Assembly (NCBI GenBank): GCA_963801165.1
Contig: CAWDDT010000001.1
Span: forward strand, 1,917 to 65,916
Source of the DNA: an uncultured bacterium
GTDB taxonomy: Bacteria; Actinomycetota; Acidimicrobiia; Spongiisociales; UBA5794
Reading direction: 5' to 3'
DNA length: 64,000 nt
The translations under genes and the position numbers were made by a program. The notes below the pieces were generated by a model. The model was not told the origin of the DNA. It was given only the letters and a program-made list of their open reading frames with translations, and made no database searches. Of the stretch, positions 35,661-45,067 are shown piece after piece (positions within the stretch are counted from its first letter, which is position 1; each line of letters opens with the position of its first letter).

Positions 35661-37195
35661 GTCGTTTCTCCTCCCGCCAGTAGCTTCTTGTCGATTTTTC
35701 CGATCGCGGTCTTGGGGATCTCGGGGAGCACGACCACCGTTCTCGGGAGCTTGTATTTGGCGAGGCGCTCCCCGAGGAACGCCAGAAACGCGGGCTCGTC
35801 GAACTCTGATCCGGCTTCGAGCACGAGGAATGCCTTGCCGACCTCGCCCCACACCTCGTGGGGAGCGCCGACCAGGGCGGCTTCGGCGATGCCCGGGTAG
35901 GCGAGCATCACCGACTCGACCTCGGCCGGGTAAACGTTCTCCCCACCGGTGATGAACATGTCCTTGGAGCGGCCCTTGATGAAGAAGAGGCCTTCGTCGT
36001 CCTCGACGGCGAGATCACCCGTCCACAGCCAGCCGTCCTTGATCGTCGCTGCGGTGGCTTCGGGTCGCCTCCAATAGCCGGGTGTCACGTGGGGACCGCG
36101 GATCAGCAACTCGCCCGGCTCGTTGCGGGGAACCCGGTTCCCGTCCTCATCGACCACCCTCATGTCGATGTGGAAGATCGGGTAGCCAACGGAGGTCGGC
36201 TTCTCCCGGATCCTCTCCTCGGGCAGCCAGAAGTTGTTGCCCGCCGCTTCGGTGAGCCCGTAGCCCATCTTGAAGTCGACGCCCTTGGCCCAGAATTTCT
36301 CCATGATCGGCAACGGGCACGGCGCCCCACCCGAGATGACCAGCGCCATGTTCGAGAAGTCGGCCGTCTCCCAGCGGGGATGGGCCTGCATCATCTGATA
36401 CATCGTGGGCACGGCAACGTAGTGAGTGATCCCGCCTTTCTCGATGAGATCGAAGCTCTCGTCGATGTCGAATCCCTGGCACAGGATCGAAACACCACCA
36501 ACGTGCACCAGTGGCACCATGAAGATGTTGGGGCCGCCGATGTGGAAGAAGGGGAGTTGTATCGGGGCGACATGGTCGGCGGTGATTCCCCAGGAAGTGA
36601 TGGTGTTGACCGAGTTCCAGGTGACGTTGCCGTGGGTGAGGATGGCCCCCTTGGGGAGACCGGTCGTGCCGCCGGTGTAGTAGATGCCCCAGATGTCGTC
36701 GAGCCCGAGATCCGGCCGGTCGTCGAGGAGGGCAGGCATGGTGTCACGCTCGGCGAATGACCGGTCGCCCGCAGCGGGCTCTCCGAGTGCCACTACGTGC
36801 TCAACCGCGGTGAGGGACGACCGCAGCTCGTCAGTCCGGGCCTTCCAATCGTCGCTGTAGACGAAGACGGTCGGCTCGGCGTCGGCCACGATCTGTCGCA
36901 GTTCGTGGACTGTGAGCCGCCAGTTGAGGTTGTGCAGGATGCACCCGATCTTGCCGGCGGCCCAGAAGAGATCGACATACTCGGGGCAGTTCGAGGCGTA
37001 TACCGATACCCGGTCGCCCTTGGAGACGCCGAGAGAGCGCAGATAGTTGGCGGTCCGGTTGACCCGGTCGTTCCACGCACGGTAGGTGATCTCGGAGCCA
37101 CCGAGACCGTCGATCAACGCCACCCGATCGGGGGTGAGCCGGGATCTCTTGTCCAGCCAATCCGTTGTGTAGTGGGAGGTCTGTGCGTAGCTCAT
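35657..37195 (-). CDS. AMP-dependent acyl-CoA synthetase/ligase
   Basis: IYYTGGTTGLPKG, MGYGLTE, TGDLAVEDDEGLFFIKGRSKDMFITGGENVYP, GKIDKK. The start at ATG 37195 overlaps the KAS III-like stop. Confidence 0.9.
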   Translation of the reverse strand: MSYAQTSHYTTDWLDKRSRLTPDRVALIDGLGGSEITYRAWNDRVNRTANYLRSLGVSKGDRVSVYASNCPEYVDLFWAAGKIGCILHNLNWRLTVHELRQIVADAEPTVFVYSDDWKARTDELRSSLTAVEHVVALGEPAAGDRSFAERDTMPALLDDRPDLGLDDIWGIYYTGGTTGLPKGAILTHGNVTWNSVNTITSWGITADHVAPIQLPFFHIGGPNIFMVPLVHVGGVSILCQGFDIDESFDLIEKGGITHYVAVPTMYQMMQAHPRWETADFSNMALVISGGAPCPLPIMEKFWAKGVDFKMGYGLTEAAGNNFWLPEERIREKPTSVGYPIFHIDMRVVDEDGNRVPRNEPGELLIRGPHVTPGYWRRPEATAATIKDGWLWTGDLAVEDDEGLFFIKGRSKDMFITGGENVYPAEVESVMLAYPGIAEAALVGAPHEVWGEVGKAFLVLEAGSEFDEPAFLAFLGERLAKYKLPRTVVVLPEIPKTAIGKIDKKLLAGGETT

Positions 37196-38238
37196 TGCCC
37201 CGCCCCCCACCGGACGACACCGGCTCCCCACACGTAGCCGATCCCGGCGCCGACGATGACCATCAGATCACCGGGCTTCAGCTTGCCGGTTCGCTGCCCC
37301 TCGATCATCGAGATGATGGAGTCCTGCTCGCCGATGTGCCCGATGTCACCCAGGTAGCACGACTGTTCCTCGGTGAGACCGAGCAGTCCGAGTATCTCCC
37401 GGTGCGCCGACGGTTTGACGAGCAGCATGTTGAGGTAGTCGAGGTCGTCACGGGTATACGGCGAACCGTCGGCCTTGGTCCCGGATTTGCGTAGTGCCTC
37501 GTCAACGCAGTGCATCCAGTTGTCGATGGACACCTCGTTGAGCCGGCCCTTCATTGCTTCCGGCTCGACCAGATCGAACTTGAATAATCCGGCGGCGACC
37601 GCGGCGTCAGTCGGATGCTGGATGGTTCCGCTGGCGGGCACGACGACGTGGCGGCTCATGGACCCATCCGACATCAAGTGGGTGCCAAGAACGTGGTTCT
37701 CCGGCCAGTCGCGCTTGACGATCATTGCGCCGGCTCCGGCGCCGATGTTGAACAGGAACGACGTACGCACGTTGGTGTGGTCGATGAAGTTGCCGATGAC
37801 GTAGCCGCCCCCGATCAGGATCGTGTTGATCCCGGGGTCTTCGAGCATCAGCGACCGGGCGAGCTTCAATGCGGCGATCGTCGTGGCACATCGCATGTGC
37901 ATATCCATGCCCCACGCCCGGGTGGCGCCGACCTGGTAGGCGAGGTCGATGCCGGCGGTCCACAGGCTGTATTCCTTCCACTCCTCCGTTGTGCACAGGA
38001 CGACGTCGATCTCCTGGGGGTCGATGCCGGCGTTCTCGATGGCCTGCCGCGCAGCTTCTGCGGCCATCATGTTGGGGTGGACACCCGGCTTGGGGATGTG
38101 CTTGTGGTTGATGCCCAGCTTCTCCTTGACCACCCACAGAGGCATCCCGCTCTGCTCGGCGATCTCGTCGGCGGACATCACCGTGTCGGGTAGGTACATC
38201 CCGGTAGAGACGATCCCCATCGTCAGACCGTCGCTCAT
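37192..38238 (-). CDS. KAS III (FabH)-like thiolase-superfamily enzyme, non-canonical motifs
   Basis: GIVSTGMYLPDTVMSADEIAE..., active-site-like Cys in DMHMRCATTIAAL, C-terminal GDLMVIVGAGIGYVWGAGVVRW. The start at ATG 38238 overlaps the TetR stop. Confidence 0.7.
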   Translation of the reverse strand: MSDGLTMGIVSTGMYLPDTVMSADEIAEQSGMPLWVVKEKLGINHKHIPKPGVHPNMMAAEAARQAIENAGIDPQEIDVVLCTTEEWKEYSLWTAGIDLAYQVGATRAWGMDMHMRCATTIAALKLARSLMLEDPGINTILIGGGYVIGNFIDHTNVRTSFLFNIGAGAGAMIVKRDWPENHVLGTHLMSDGSMSRHVVVPASGTIQHPTDAAVAAGLFKFDLVEPEAMKGRLNEVSIDNWMHCVDEALRKSGTKADGSPYTRDDLDYLNMLLVKPSAHREILGLLGLTEEQSCYLGDIGHIGEQDSIISMIEGQRTGKLKPGDLMVIVGAGIGYVWGAGVVRWGAGQ

Positions 38239-38849
38239 CGTCCCTTCCCCGGGCTGAGGGCGCACGAGAGGAAGGTCATGATCTCGTCGAGCACTTCTTC
38301 GGGCGGCATCCGTCTCTCCCATTGCACGTAGCGGGCGCCGATGAGCTCGGCGACGCCCATCAGTACCCAGGCGAGGGTCTCGGCAGATACGTCCGTTGTG
38401 ATCTGGCCTTCGCCCTGGGCCTTGTCGAGACCGCGCGCATACCCTTCGGCGAGCGTTTGGTAGTGCCAGCGGTGCGAATCCGGATCGACGAACTCCGACT
38501 CGCGCACGATCCGGTACAGCGGCCGATGCTTGACCACGAACTCGAAGAAAGTCTTGAAACCAACCAGCTCGACCTCGACGCGGTTGTCGAGATCAGCGAC
38601 CGCTTCCGAAATGGCGCGTCGCAGGTTGTGGTTGAGGACGTGGACCAGCTCTATGAACGCGGCCTTCTTGTCCGGGAAGTAGACATAGAACGTCCCCTGG
38701 GCAACGCCGGCGCGTCGGGTGATCTCGGCGATCGAGGCGCGCTCGTAGCTGCTCTCACCAAAGACGTCCTCCGCCGCGTCGAGAATCGCCTGCCTGGTGG
38801 CACGCCCCTTCGCCGTCGGGGGAGTTTGCTGACGGGTTAAGTCCGTCAT
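38235..38849 (-). CDS. TetR/AcrR-family transcriptional regulator
   Basis: GRATRQAILDAAEDVFGESSYERASIAEITRRAGVAQGTFYVYFPDKKA, the canonical TetR N-terminal HTH. Confidence 0.9.
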   Translation of the reverse strand: MTDLTRQQTPPTAKGRATRQAILDAAEDVFGESSYERASIAEITRRAGVAQGTFYVYFPDKKAAFIELVHVLNHNLRRAISEAVADLDNRVEVELVGFKTFFEFVVKHRPLYRIVRESEFVDPDSHRWHYQTLAEGYARGLDKAQGEGQITTDVSAETLAWVLMGVAELIGARYVQWERRMPPEEVLDEIMTFLSCALSPGKGR

Positions 38850-38876
38850 TCCCGTTCGGTTCTCCTCCGCACTCCC

Positions 38877-38907
38877 AAAACCGAATACTGATTCAGTATT
38901 CAGTTTT
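38877..38907. promoter_or_regulatory. 31-bp palindrome AAAACCGAATACTGA-T-TCAGTATTCAGTTTT, candidate TetR operator
   Basis: The central 9+1+9 (38883-38901) is perfect and the outer arms carry one mismatch. It lies 28 nt upstream of the TetR start, in the divergent region with the panE-like gene. Confidence 0.55.
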
Positions 38908-38985
38908 CATAGTACGTACGAGTCACATGGTTTGGCAACCGGTTTCTCGTCCGGACGCACCCGGGCTCGGTGCGATACTCGTTGG

Positions 38986-39957
38986 ATGCGATTCGTGGTC
39001 TATGGAGCCGGTGCGGTGGGCGGTGTGGTTGGCGCCCAACTCCACCGGGCCGGGCATGACGTCACGCTGGTCGCCCGGGGTGACCACTACCGGGCAATCC
39101 GCGACCGTGGGTTGGTCTTTGCAAGTCCGGTTGAGCGGCTGACCCTCGAGATGCCGGTCGTTGCCGACATTGCCGCGGCCGGTGTCGAGCCCGACGTCGT
39201 TGTGCTGATGGCCGTCAAGTCGCAGAGCACGCTGCAGTGCTCGCTCGACTTGCGTCGGGTTGCGCCTGTGTCGACGCCGGTCGTTTGTCTGCAGAACGGC
39301 GTCGAAAACGAACCCACTGTGATGCGTTTCTTCAGCAACGTCTACGGTGTCCCGGTGATGTGCCCTGCGGTTCATCTCGAGCCGGGTGTCGTCGAGGCCA
39401 ACTCGTGGCCGGTCACCGGCATCCTCGACATCGGCCGCTTTCCGGTCGGGACCGACGAGACTGCAATCGCGGTGGCCGCCGCCTTCAGTTCTGCGACTTT
39501 CGTTTCGGAGGTGCGTCCCGACATCATGGCGTGGAAACACCGGAAGCTGATGATGAATATCGGCAATGCCGTTCAGGCGATCTGTGGACCCGGGGCGGTA
39601 GACGGGCGAATACTGGAGATGGCCACCGCCGAAGCCGGGCTGGTTCTGGCGGCGGCGGGAGTTGCCGTCATCCCGGTCGATGAAGATCGGCAACGTCGCG
39701 GCCATCTCGTACGGGTCGCCCCGGTCGCCGGGCGCCGTCGCCCGGGTGGGTCATCCTGGCAGAGCCTGGAGCGGCACGCCGGATCGATCGAGACGGACTA
39801 TCTCAACGGCTACATCGTGCTCCTCGGGCGGCTCCACAATGTCCCCACTCCGGTGAATGCCCTGCTCCAGAGACTGGCCGCCGAGATGGCCGCGGCCGGC
39901 GCTGCACCGGCCACGATCGATGAGGATGATTTCCTGGCGATGCTCGAAGACGGCTGA
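38986..39957 (+). CDS. panE: 2-dehydropantoate 2-reductase (ketopantoate reductase) family
   Basis: MRFVVYGAGAVGGVVGAQLHRAGHDVTLVARG (Rossmann)...CLQNGV...KLMMNIGNA...SSWQSLERH...ETDYLNGYIV. Start at the internal ATG 38986. Confidence 0.8.
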   Translation: MRFVVYGAGAVGGVVGAQLHRAGHDVTLVARGDHYRAIRDRGLVFASPVERLTLEMPVVADIAAAGVEPDVVVLMAVKSQSTLQCSLDLRRVAPVSTPVVCLQNGVENEPTVMRFFSNVYGVPVMCPAVHLEPGVVEANSWPVTGILDIGRFPVGTDETAIAVAAAFSSATFVSEVRPDIMAWKHRKLMMNIGNAVQAICGPGAVDGRILEMATAEAGLVLAAAGVAVIPVDEDRQRRGHLVRVAPVAGRRRPGGSSWQSLERHAGSIETDYLNGYIVLLGRLHNVPTPVNALLQRLAAEMAAAGAAPATIDEDDFLAMLEDG

Positions 39958-39985
39958 GCGGCTGACCGCTTGCATCCGACGCAAT

Positions 39986-41299
39986 TCAGCGAGCGGGGTC
40001 GGTATCTTCCCGCTCGTGGAGGACAACGGCGCGGCGATGGGACAACCACAAGGCCTCCGCACCGATGGCGGCTGCGACACCGCCGACGAGCAGCATGACT
40101 GCGAGCGGTTGGTCACCGATCGTGTCGGCGACAAGAACGACGAGCGAGAAAAGGCAACCGGTGATGCCCGCGCCGCTGAGCAGCCGGCTCGCTCCGATCT
40201 GCTTTCCTTGTTTGAACGCGGACGCGTTTGCGGCTGCGAAGACGATGAGGAATATCGAGCTTGCCAGAGCCGAGATCTCGGTGACGTCGAGGGTATTGGC
40301 TAGGACCAGCGAGATCCCGGCGGTGATGAGCAGCCCAACCGGCTCTGACCAGACTCTGCGCTCCAGCGCCGGTGGCAGCTCGCCCTCTCGCGCTATTGCG
40401 AAGCTGAGCCGGGCCGCCCCGTACAGGGTCGCGTTGATCGCTGAGAGCGTCGCCAGCACGGCCGAGATTGCGACCAGGACGAAACCCGCGCTACCCAGTC
40501 CGGGTTTGGCCGCCTCGCCCAGCGCGAAGTCGGCGGCCGCCACGATGCGGTCGGGTGCCAATGAGCCCACGGTGATGGCTGCGATGCCGACGTAGAGGAG
40601 TATCACGACACCAACCGACAAGTAGAAGGCGCGGGGGAGCGTCAGTCGTGGCTCCCGGATGTCTTGGGCTGTGTTGGCGATGAGCTCGAATCCCTCGTAC
40701 GCCACGAATACGAGCATGCCCGCGGCCACGATTCCCGGTACGGACGGCCAGGTGGCGACCGACAACCGGGAACCGGTGACTGTCGTCGCCCCGACCGCAC
40801 CGACGACCACGAGCACCGCCAGTTTCACCACAACGACTGCGGTCTCGGTCCTCGCCACGATCTCGGCGCTCAGGAGATTCAGCCCGGTCGGCACGATGAT
40901 GGCGAGGCTGATTAGACCATGCCGCGCCCACTGTGACACGTCGCCGCTCGTGGAGAAGAAGGTGGCCGCATAGCTGGCAAAGGCGACGGCGTACAGCGAT
41001 AGCGTCACCAGATAACCGAACCAGAGCAGGTTGTTGAGGGCACCGGTGAGAACGCCGACGCCAAATGCTTTGTCGATAAAGACCACGCTGCCACCGCGGC
41101 TGGGGTAGGCGACCGACAGCCTGGCATAGGAAGTCGCGGTCAGCAGGGCCACGGCACCGGAGATGGCAAAGGCGAGAGGAGCGGCGCCTCCGGCTCTGGT
41201 GGCGACCACACCAAGTACGGCGAAGATGCCGCCGCCGACCATGCCACCGATCCCGATGGCGGCGGCACCCCACAGACCAAGGGACCGCCCGGTGCTCAC
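39986..41299 (-). CDS. APC-family amino acid/polyamine permease
   Basis: 437 aa, about 12 TM, GGMVGGGIFAVLG near the N-terminus. The GTG start overlaps the zwf stop (GTGA). Confidence 0.8.
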   Translation of the reverse strand: MSTGRSLGLWGAAAIGIGGMVGGGIFAVLGVVATRAGGAAPLAFAISGAVALLTATSYARLSVAYPSRGGSVVFIDKAFGVGVLTGALNNLLWFGYLVTLSLYAVAFASYAATFFSTSGDVSQWARHGLISLAIIVPTGLNLLSAEIVARTETAVVVVKLAVLVVVGAVGATTVTGSRLSVATWPSVPGIVAAGMLVFVAYEGFELIANTAQDIREPRLTLPRAFYLSVGVVILLYVGIAAITVGSLAPDRIVAAADFALGEAAKPGLGSAGFVLVAISAVLATLSAINATLYGAARLSFAIAREGELPPALERRVWSEPVGLLITAGISLVLANTLDVTEISALASSIFLIVFAAANASAFKQGKQIGASRLLSGAGITGCLFSLVVLVADTIGDQPLAVMLLVGGVAAAIGAEALWLSHRRAVVLHEREDTDPAR

Positions 41300-42633
41300 T
41301 GGTCGCCGGTACTCGGTCCTGCGGAGCCGACCGGGTAAACGATGGGGTCCTCGGCCGGGTCTGTGATGTTATCGACGATCCGCCACGCTTCCTCGACTGC
41401 GTCTTGACGTGCGAACTGGGTCCTGTCGCCGGTGAGCGCGTCGTATAGGACACGCTCGTAGGCCAGCGGGATCCTGCCAAAGACCTGGTCGTAGTCGACC
41501 GTGAGCGGGGTGGTGGCGAGGTGGAGACCGATGCCTGGGAGCTTGGTCTGCACGACGAGATCGACGCCGTCGCTCGGTCCGATGCGAAAGACGAGCCGGT
41601 TCGGCTCGGGGAGCTCGGGATCGGGATCGAACGGGAGCGGAGGGGACGCCCGGAATACCACCTCCGCTTTGGTGATCGTGGTGTCGAGCGCCTTGCCGGC
41701 TGAGATCAGGAACGGGACGCCGTACCAGCGCGGCGTGTTTATCGCCAGCGAGAACGAGGCGAACGTTGCCGTCCTCGAGTTGGGAGCGACGTGGGCGACG
41801 TCCCGATATCCCGAATACTGCCCGTAGACCATATCGTCCTGGGATAGGGTCGCTATCGCCCGCAGCACCTTGACCCGCTCGTCGGCGTAGGCATCCGGGG
41901 CCGGGGTGACGGGCGCTTCCATAGTCAGCAGTGAGACGATCTGGAGGACATGGTTCTGCACGACGTCACGAACCACTCCGAGCGAGTCGTATAGCGCTCC
42001 TCGTCCGTCGACGCCGAATGATTCGGACATCGTGATCTCGACCCGGTCGACGAAGTGCCGGTTCCAGATCGCGTCGATGATCGGGTTTGCGTAACGGAAC
42101 GTGAGGAGGTTCTCGACCGGCTCCTTGCCGAGGAAGTGGTCGATCCGATAGATGCTCGATTCGGCGGTGAGACCGTTGAGGAAGGAGTTCAGCTCCCGCG
42201 CCGACGTCAGGTCGCGCCCGAAAGGCTTCTCAACGAGCAGTCTCCCGCTCTCGAGCAGACCTACCTTGGACAGACTTCCAATAACCGTTTCGAACAGCGA
42301 AGGTGGAATCGCCATGTAGTGGAGGCATGAACCATCGCCGACGGCTTCGGCGAGTCGGTCGAATGTTGCCGTGTCGCTGTAGTTGCCTGCGACATATTGG
42401 AGCCGGGAAGTGAGCCGCCGGAGTATTTCGCCGTCGGCGTCGGCCACGGCGTCACGAGCGGACTGGGTGACGTGCTCGGCCAGCCGGGCGTCGGTCCAGT
42501 CGTCGAGCGCAACCCCGATGATCCGCTGGCTGAGGCATTGGCGCTCCTCGAGCCGGTATAGGGCGGGGAAGAGCAGTTTCCTGGCCAGGTCGCCCGTGGC
42601 GCCGAACAGGACGATGGTGTCGACTGTGGTCAT
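41296..42633 (-). CDS. zwf: Glucose-6-phosphate dehydrogenase
   Basis: Start at the internal ATG 42633: MTTVDTIVLFGATGDLARKLLFPALYRL. Signature YRIDHFLGKE, then NHVLQI. Confidence 0.9.
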   Translation of the reverse strand: MTTVDTIVLFGATGDLARKLLFPALYRLEERQCLSQRIIGVALDDWTDARLAEHVTQSARDAVADADGEILRRLTSRLQYVAGNYSDTATFDRLAEAVGDGSCLHYMAIPPSLFETVIGSLSKVGLLESGRLLVEKPFGRDLTSARELNSFLNGLTAESSIYRIDHFLGKEPVENLLTFRYANPIIDAIWNRHFVDRVEITMSESFGVDGRGALYDSLGVVRDVVQNHVLQIVSLLTMEAPVTPAPDAYADERVKVLRAIATLSQDDMVYGQYSGYRDVAHVAPNSRTATFASFSLAINTPRWYGVPFLISAGKALDTTITKAEVVFRASPPLPFDPDPELPEPNRLVFRIGPSDGVDLVVQTKLPGIGLHLATTPLTVDYDQVFGRIPLAYERVLYDALTGDRTQFARQDAVEEAWRIVDNITDPAEDPIVYPVGSAGPSTGDQ

Positions 42634-42637
42634 CTGG

Positions 42638-45025
42638 TCAACCTCCACTCCCTTCGAGTATCTCGATCTGATAGTCGGTTCCGCTCCAAGTATCGCCGCG
42701 ACGGATCGTGAAGACGAGCGTGCCGGTGGCGGGAAGCGATGAGGCAGGGAAGTCCACGTAGTGCATGCCGATGCCACTGTCGTTCGTCGCCGTATCGGTC
42801 GTCGTGCGCCAGTGGTCCAGGGACCAGTGGACCGTCGCCGGCTCCGTGAGCTCGATCCGAAGGGGCACACCCGTCTCGATGCGGGTGATCTTGTGGTTTG
42901 CCCGCCAGAAGCGGCGGGCGGCCGCAACCGGATCAGGCTCGTGTCCCTGCACGACGGACGGTAGGTCGAAGATCTTGCCGTCCGCTACCGACCGGAGCAG
43001 CTTGAGGTATTCGGCGTGAGCCCATACGAGAGGGCGGGCCGATCCGGTTGCCATTCCGTACACGAGCTCGCGCTCCGGGATGTCGGGACCGTCCCAGACC
43101 TGCTCCGGGATGAGCCCGCTCGGCTGGGCCATTGCCTCCAAGGTGGCGATCAGCTCCCGGGCAGCGGCGACACGGCCGGCCGCCAGCTCGTAGTGGGCAC
43201 GCTCGCCCGTCAGCAACGGCCACACCCGGCCGATGCCCGTCCCGTCGAATGGCCGGCCATCGGGGTGCTCGCCGTAGCCGTCTCCCGTGTATCGGCGCCA
43301 GCCGGGCCCGAACGGAAAGCTCTCCTGGAGAGTGGCGTCGATGACCTTGATCGTGTTGATGATGTGCGGATCGTCGGGCGACCGGATCCCGAATCGGACC
43401 AGGGCGAGAGCGTCCGGGCTCACCACAGCGTCGGCCGGGGCGAGGTTCCGACCAGCAGGCCGGTTCTTGATGTTGACCCACCCGTCCACCGGCGCCTCGA
43501 CGTTGTCGGCAGCTCCGATGCGTACGTAGTACCCGTCGACGCCGGCTTCGGCGCTGAGCTTGGTGTCGCGGGCGTAGCACCACGTCTCGATGTGGGCGTC
43601 CCAGCAATCGGCCGTTTCCCGCAAATAACGAGCCGCGGCCGATTCGCCGCGGCGGTCGGCCATCTCGGCGGCGAGGAGAAGGGCGGCGATCTCGGTGGCG
43701 AGAGTGAACGGCGAGTATCCGCCGTCTTCCTCCCAGCGGTCCTGTCCCGTCACCGGCCCGTTGGCGGCTACATATGCGGCGGCGGCTCGCACCATCGGCC
43801 AGTAGGCGTCGCGGGCGCCGGGTGCATCCAGTGCGCCGGCGGTGCGGGCGATATCGACGAGCAGGATGGGCAGTGCCGTCTCGTCGATCTGGATTCCGCC
43901 CCAGTACGGCGAGCCGTCGAGCCACATGTTCTGCGCCCAGTGACCATCGGCCTCCTGAGTGGCGCGGAGGTAGGAGAGGGCGCGCAAGCCCTCTTCCACA
44001 GCGCCGATTGCGAACAAGGCCCCGGCCGTCTCGACATGGTCCCGCGGCCAGACCAGGTGGTAGCCACCGAGATCCTGGTCGCCCTTCGAGCTGCCCCACG
44101 GCACCGACAGAGAGGCGATCGATGCACCGGGCAATGTAGTTGCCTCGTGCGTGGCCAGGACCAGAGCGCTGGCTCTCACCACCGCCCGGTCGGACGGCAG
44201 CCGGATGCTGGTGTTCCATTCATCCCATTGCGATCGGTACAGATCGAGTGCGGCCGGAAAGCCGTCGCGTAGGGACGAAATCACATGGTGAGCCGCCTCA
44301 GCCGGGGTTCGTCCAAACCCGAGCGCGGCCGTGAACACACCCTCGCACCCTTCGAGATCGGGCTGGAGCGAGATCGCCACGTTGCCGTTGTCGGCGAGAT
44401 CCCATCGCTTCGTGAATGCACGGTTTGTGCTGAGATCCTGCCAGGCATCGGAGATTCCTACGTATCCCACCGAGCGGCCGAGCACGGGTGCGTCGACGGC
44501 GATGGCCAGGGCAATGTCGTCGCGCTGGGCGAACACCACTGGAGTTCCCTTGTGGGTGTCCACCCACGCGGTGTTGCCGGCCCCCTGATTGCCGAGGTGC
44601 GGCGCCACCAGGAACACGAGTGTGTGGTCGCCTGCAGCCGAATCGACGGCGTCGTATGTGACGTCGATCAAGACAACGGGTCTTATCGGATCGGTCACGT
44701 AGCGTTGCGTGATCTCGAAGGAGCCGCCGGGGTCGGTGAATTCGACGTCGAAGGCGGGGACGCCGGGAGCAACCGATCTGATGCTGTGAGAGCAATCGCG
44801 CTTCGGGTCGACGAAGCGGCCGTCGGGGGTGACTACGAGAAACTGGGCGTCGCGGATCGCCGCTTTGTCGAGGCGCGGGTAATACACTTCGTTGAGAATC
44901 CCGTGGCTGAGGGTGAACCATACGGGGCTGGCCGCAGAGTGCGCAGTGCCCACGGCCTCCTTGGCGCTGGAGGTCCAGCGCGCCTCTATGCCAGGAGCTC
45001 CCGGTGCGGTCGTCCGGCCTTCCAT
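42638..45025 (-). CDS. Glycoside hydrolase family 15 (glucoamylase/glucodextranase-like)
   Basis: About 795 aa. The N-terminal beta-sandwich starts APGAPGIEARWTSSAKEAVGTA. The catalytic (alpha/alpha)6 region includes YHLVWPRDHVE, DGHWAQNMWLDG, RWEEDGGYSPFTLA and LIPEQVWD. ATG 45025 is preceded by GGGAGGGG. Confidence 0.85.
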   Translation of the reverse strand: MEGRTTAPGAPGIEARWTSSAKEAVGTAHSAASPVWFTLSHGILNEVYYPRLDKAAIRDAQFLVVTPDGRFVDPKRDCSHSIRSVAPGVPAFDVEFTDPGGSFEITQRYVTDPIRPVVLIDVTYDAVDSAAGDHTLVFLVAPHLGNQGAGNTAWVDTHKGTPVVFAQRDDIALAIAVDAPVLGRSVGYVGISDAWQDLSTNRAFTKRWDLADNGNVAISLQPDLEGCEGVFTAALGFGRTPAEAAHHVISSLRDGFPAALDLYRSQWDEWNTSIRLPSDRAVVRASALVLATHEATTLPGASIASLSVPWGSSKGDQDLGGYHLVWPRDHVETAGALFAIGAVEEGLRALSYLRATQEADGHWAQNMWLDGSPYWGGIQIDETALPILLVDIARTAGALDAPGARDAYWPMVRAAAAYVAANGPVTGQDRWEEDGGYSPFTLATEIAALLLAAEMADRRGESAAARYLRETADCWDAHIETWCYARDTKLSAEAGVDGYYVRIGAADNVEAPVDGWVNIKNRPAGRNLAPADAVVSPDALALVRFGIRSPDDPHIINTIKVIDATLQESFPFGPGWRRYTGDGYGEHPDGRPFDGTGIGRVWPLLTGERAHYELAAGRVAAARELIATLEAMAQPSGLIPEQVWDGPDIPERELVYGMATGSARPLVWAHAEYLKLLRSVADGKIFDLPSVVQGHEPDPVAAARRFWRANHKITRIETGVPLRIELTEPATVHWSLDHWRTTTDTATNDSGIGMHYVDFPASSLPATGTLVFTIRRGDTWSGTDYQIEILEGSGG

Positions 45026-45067
45026 CACCGACCCCTCCCTGTGTTGTTGCCGACCCGGCGGCTTGTC

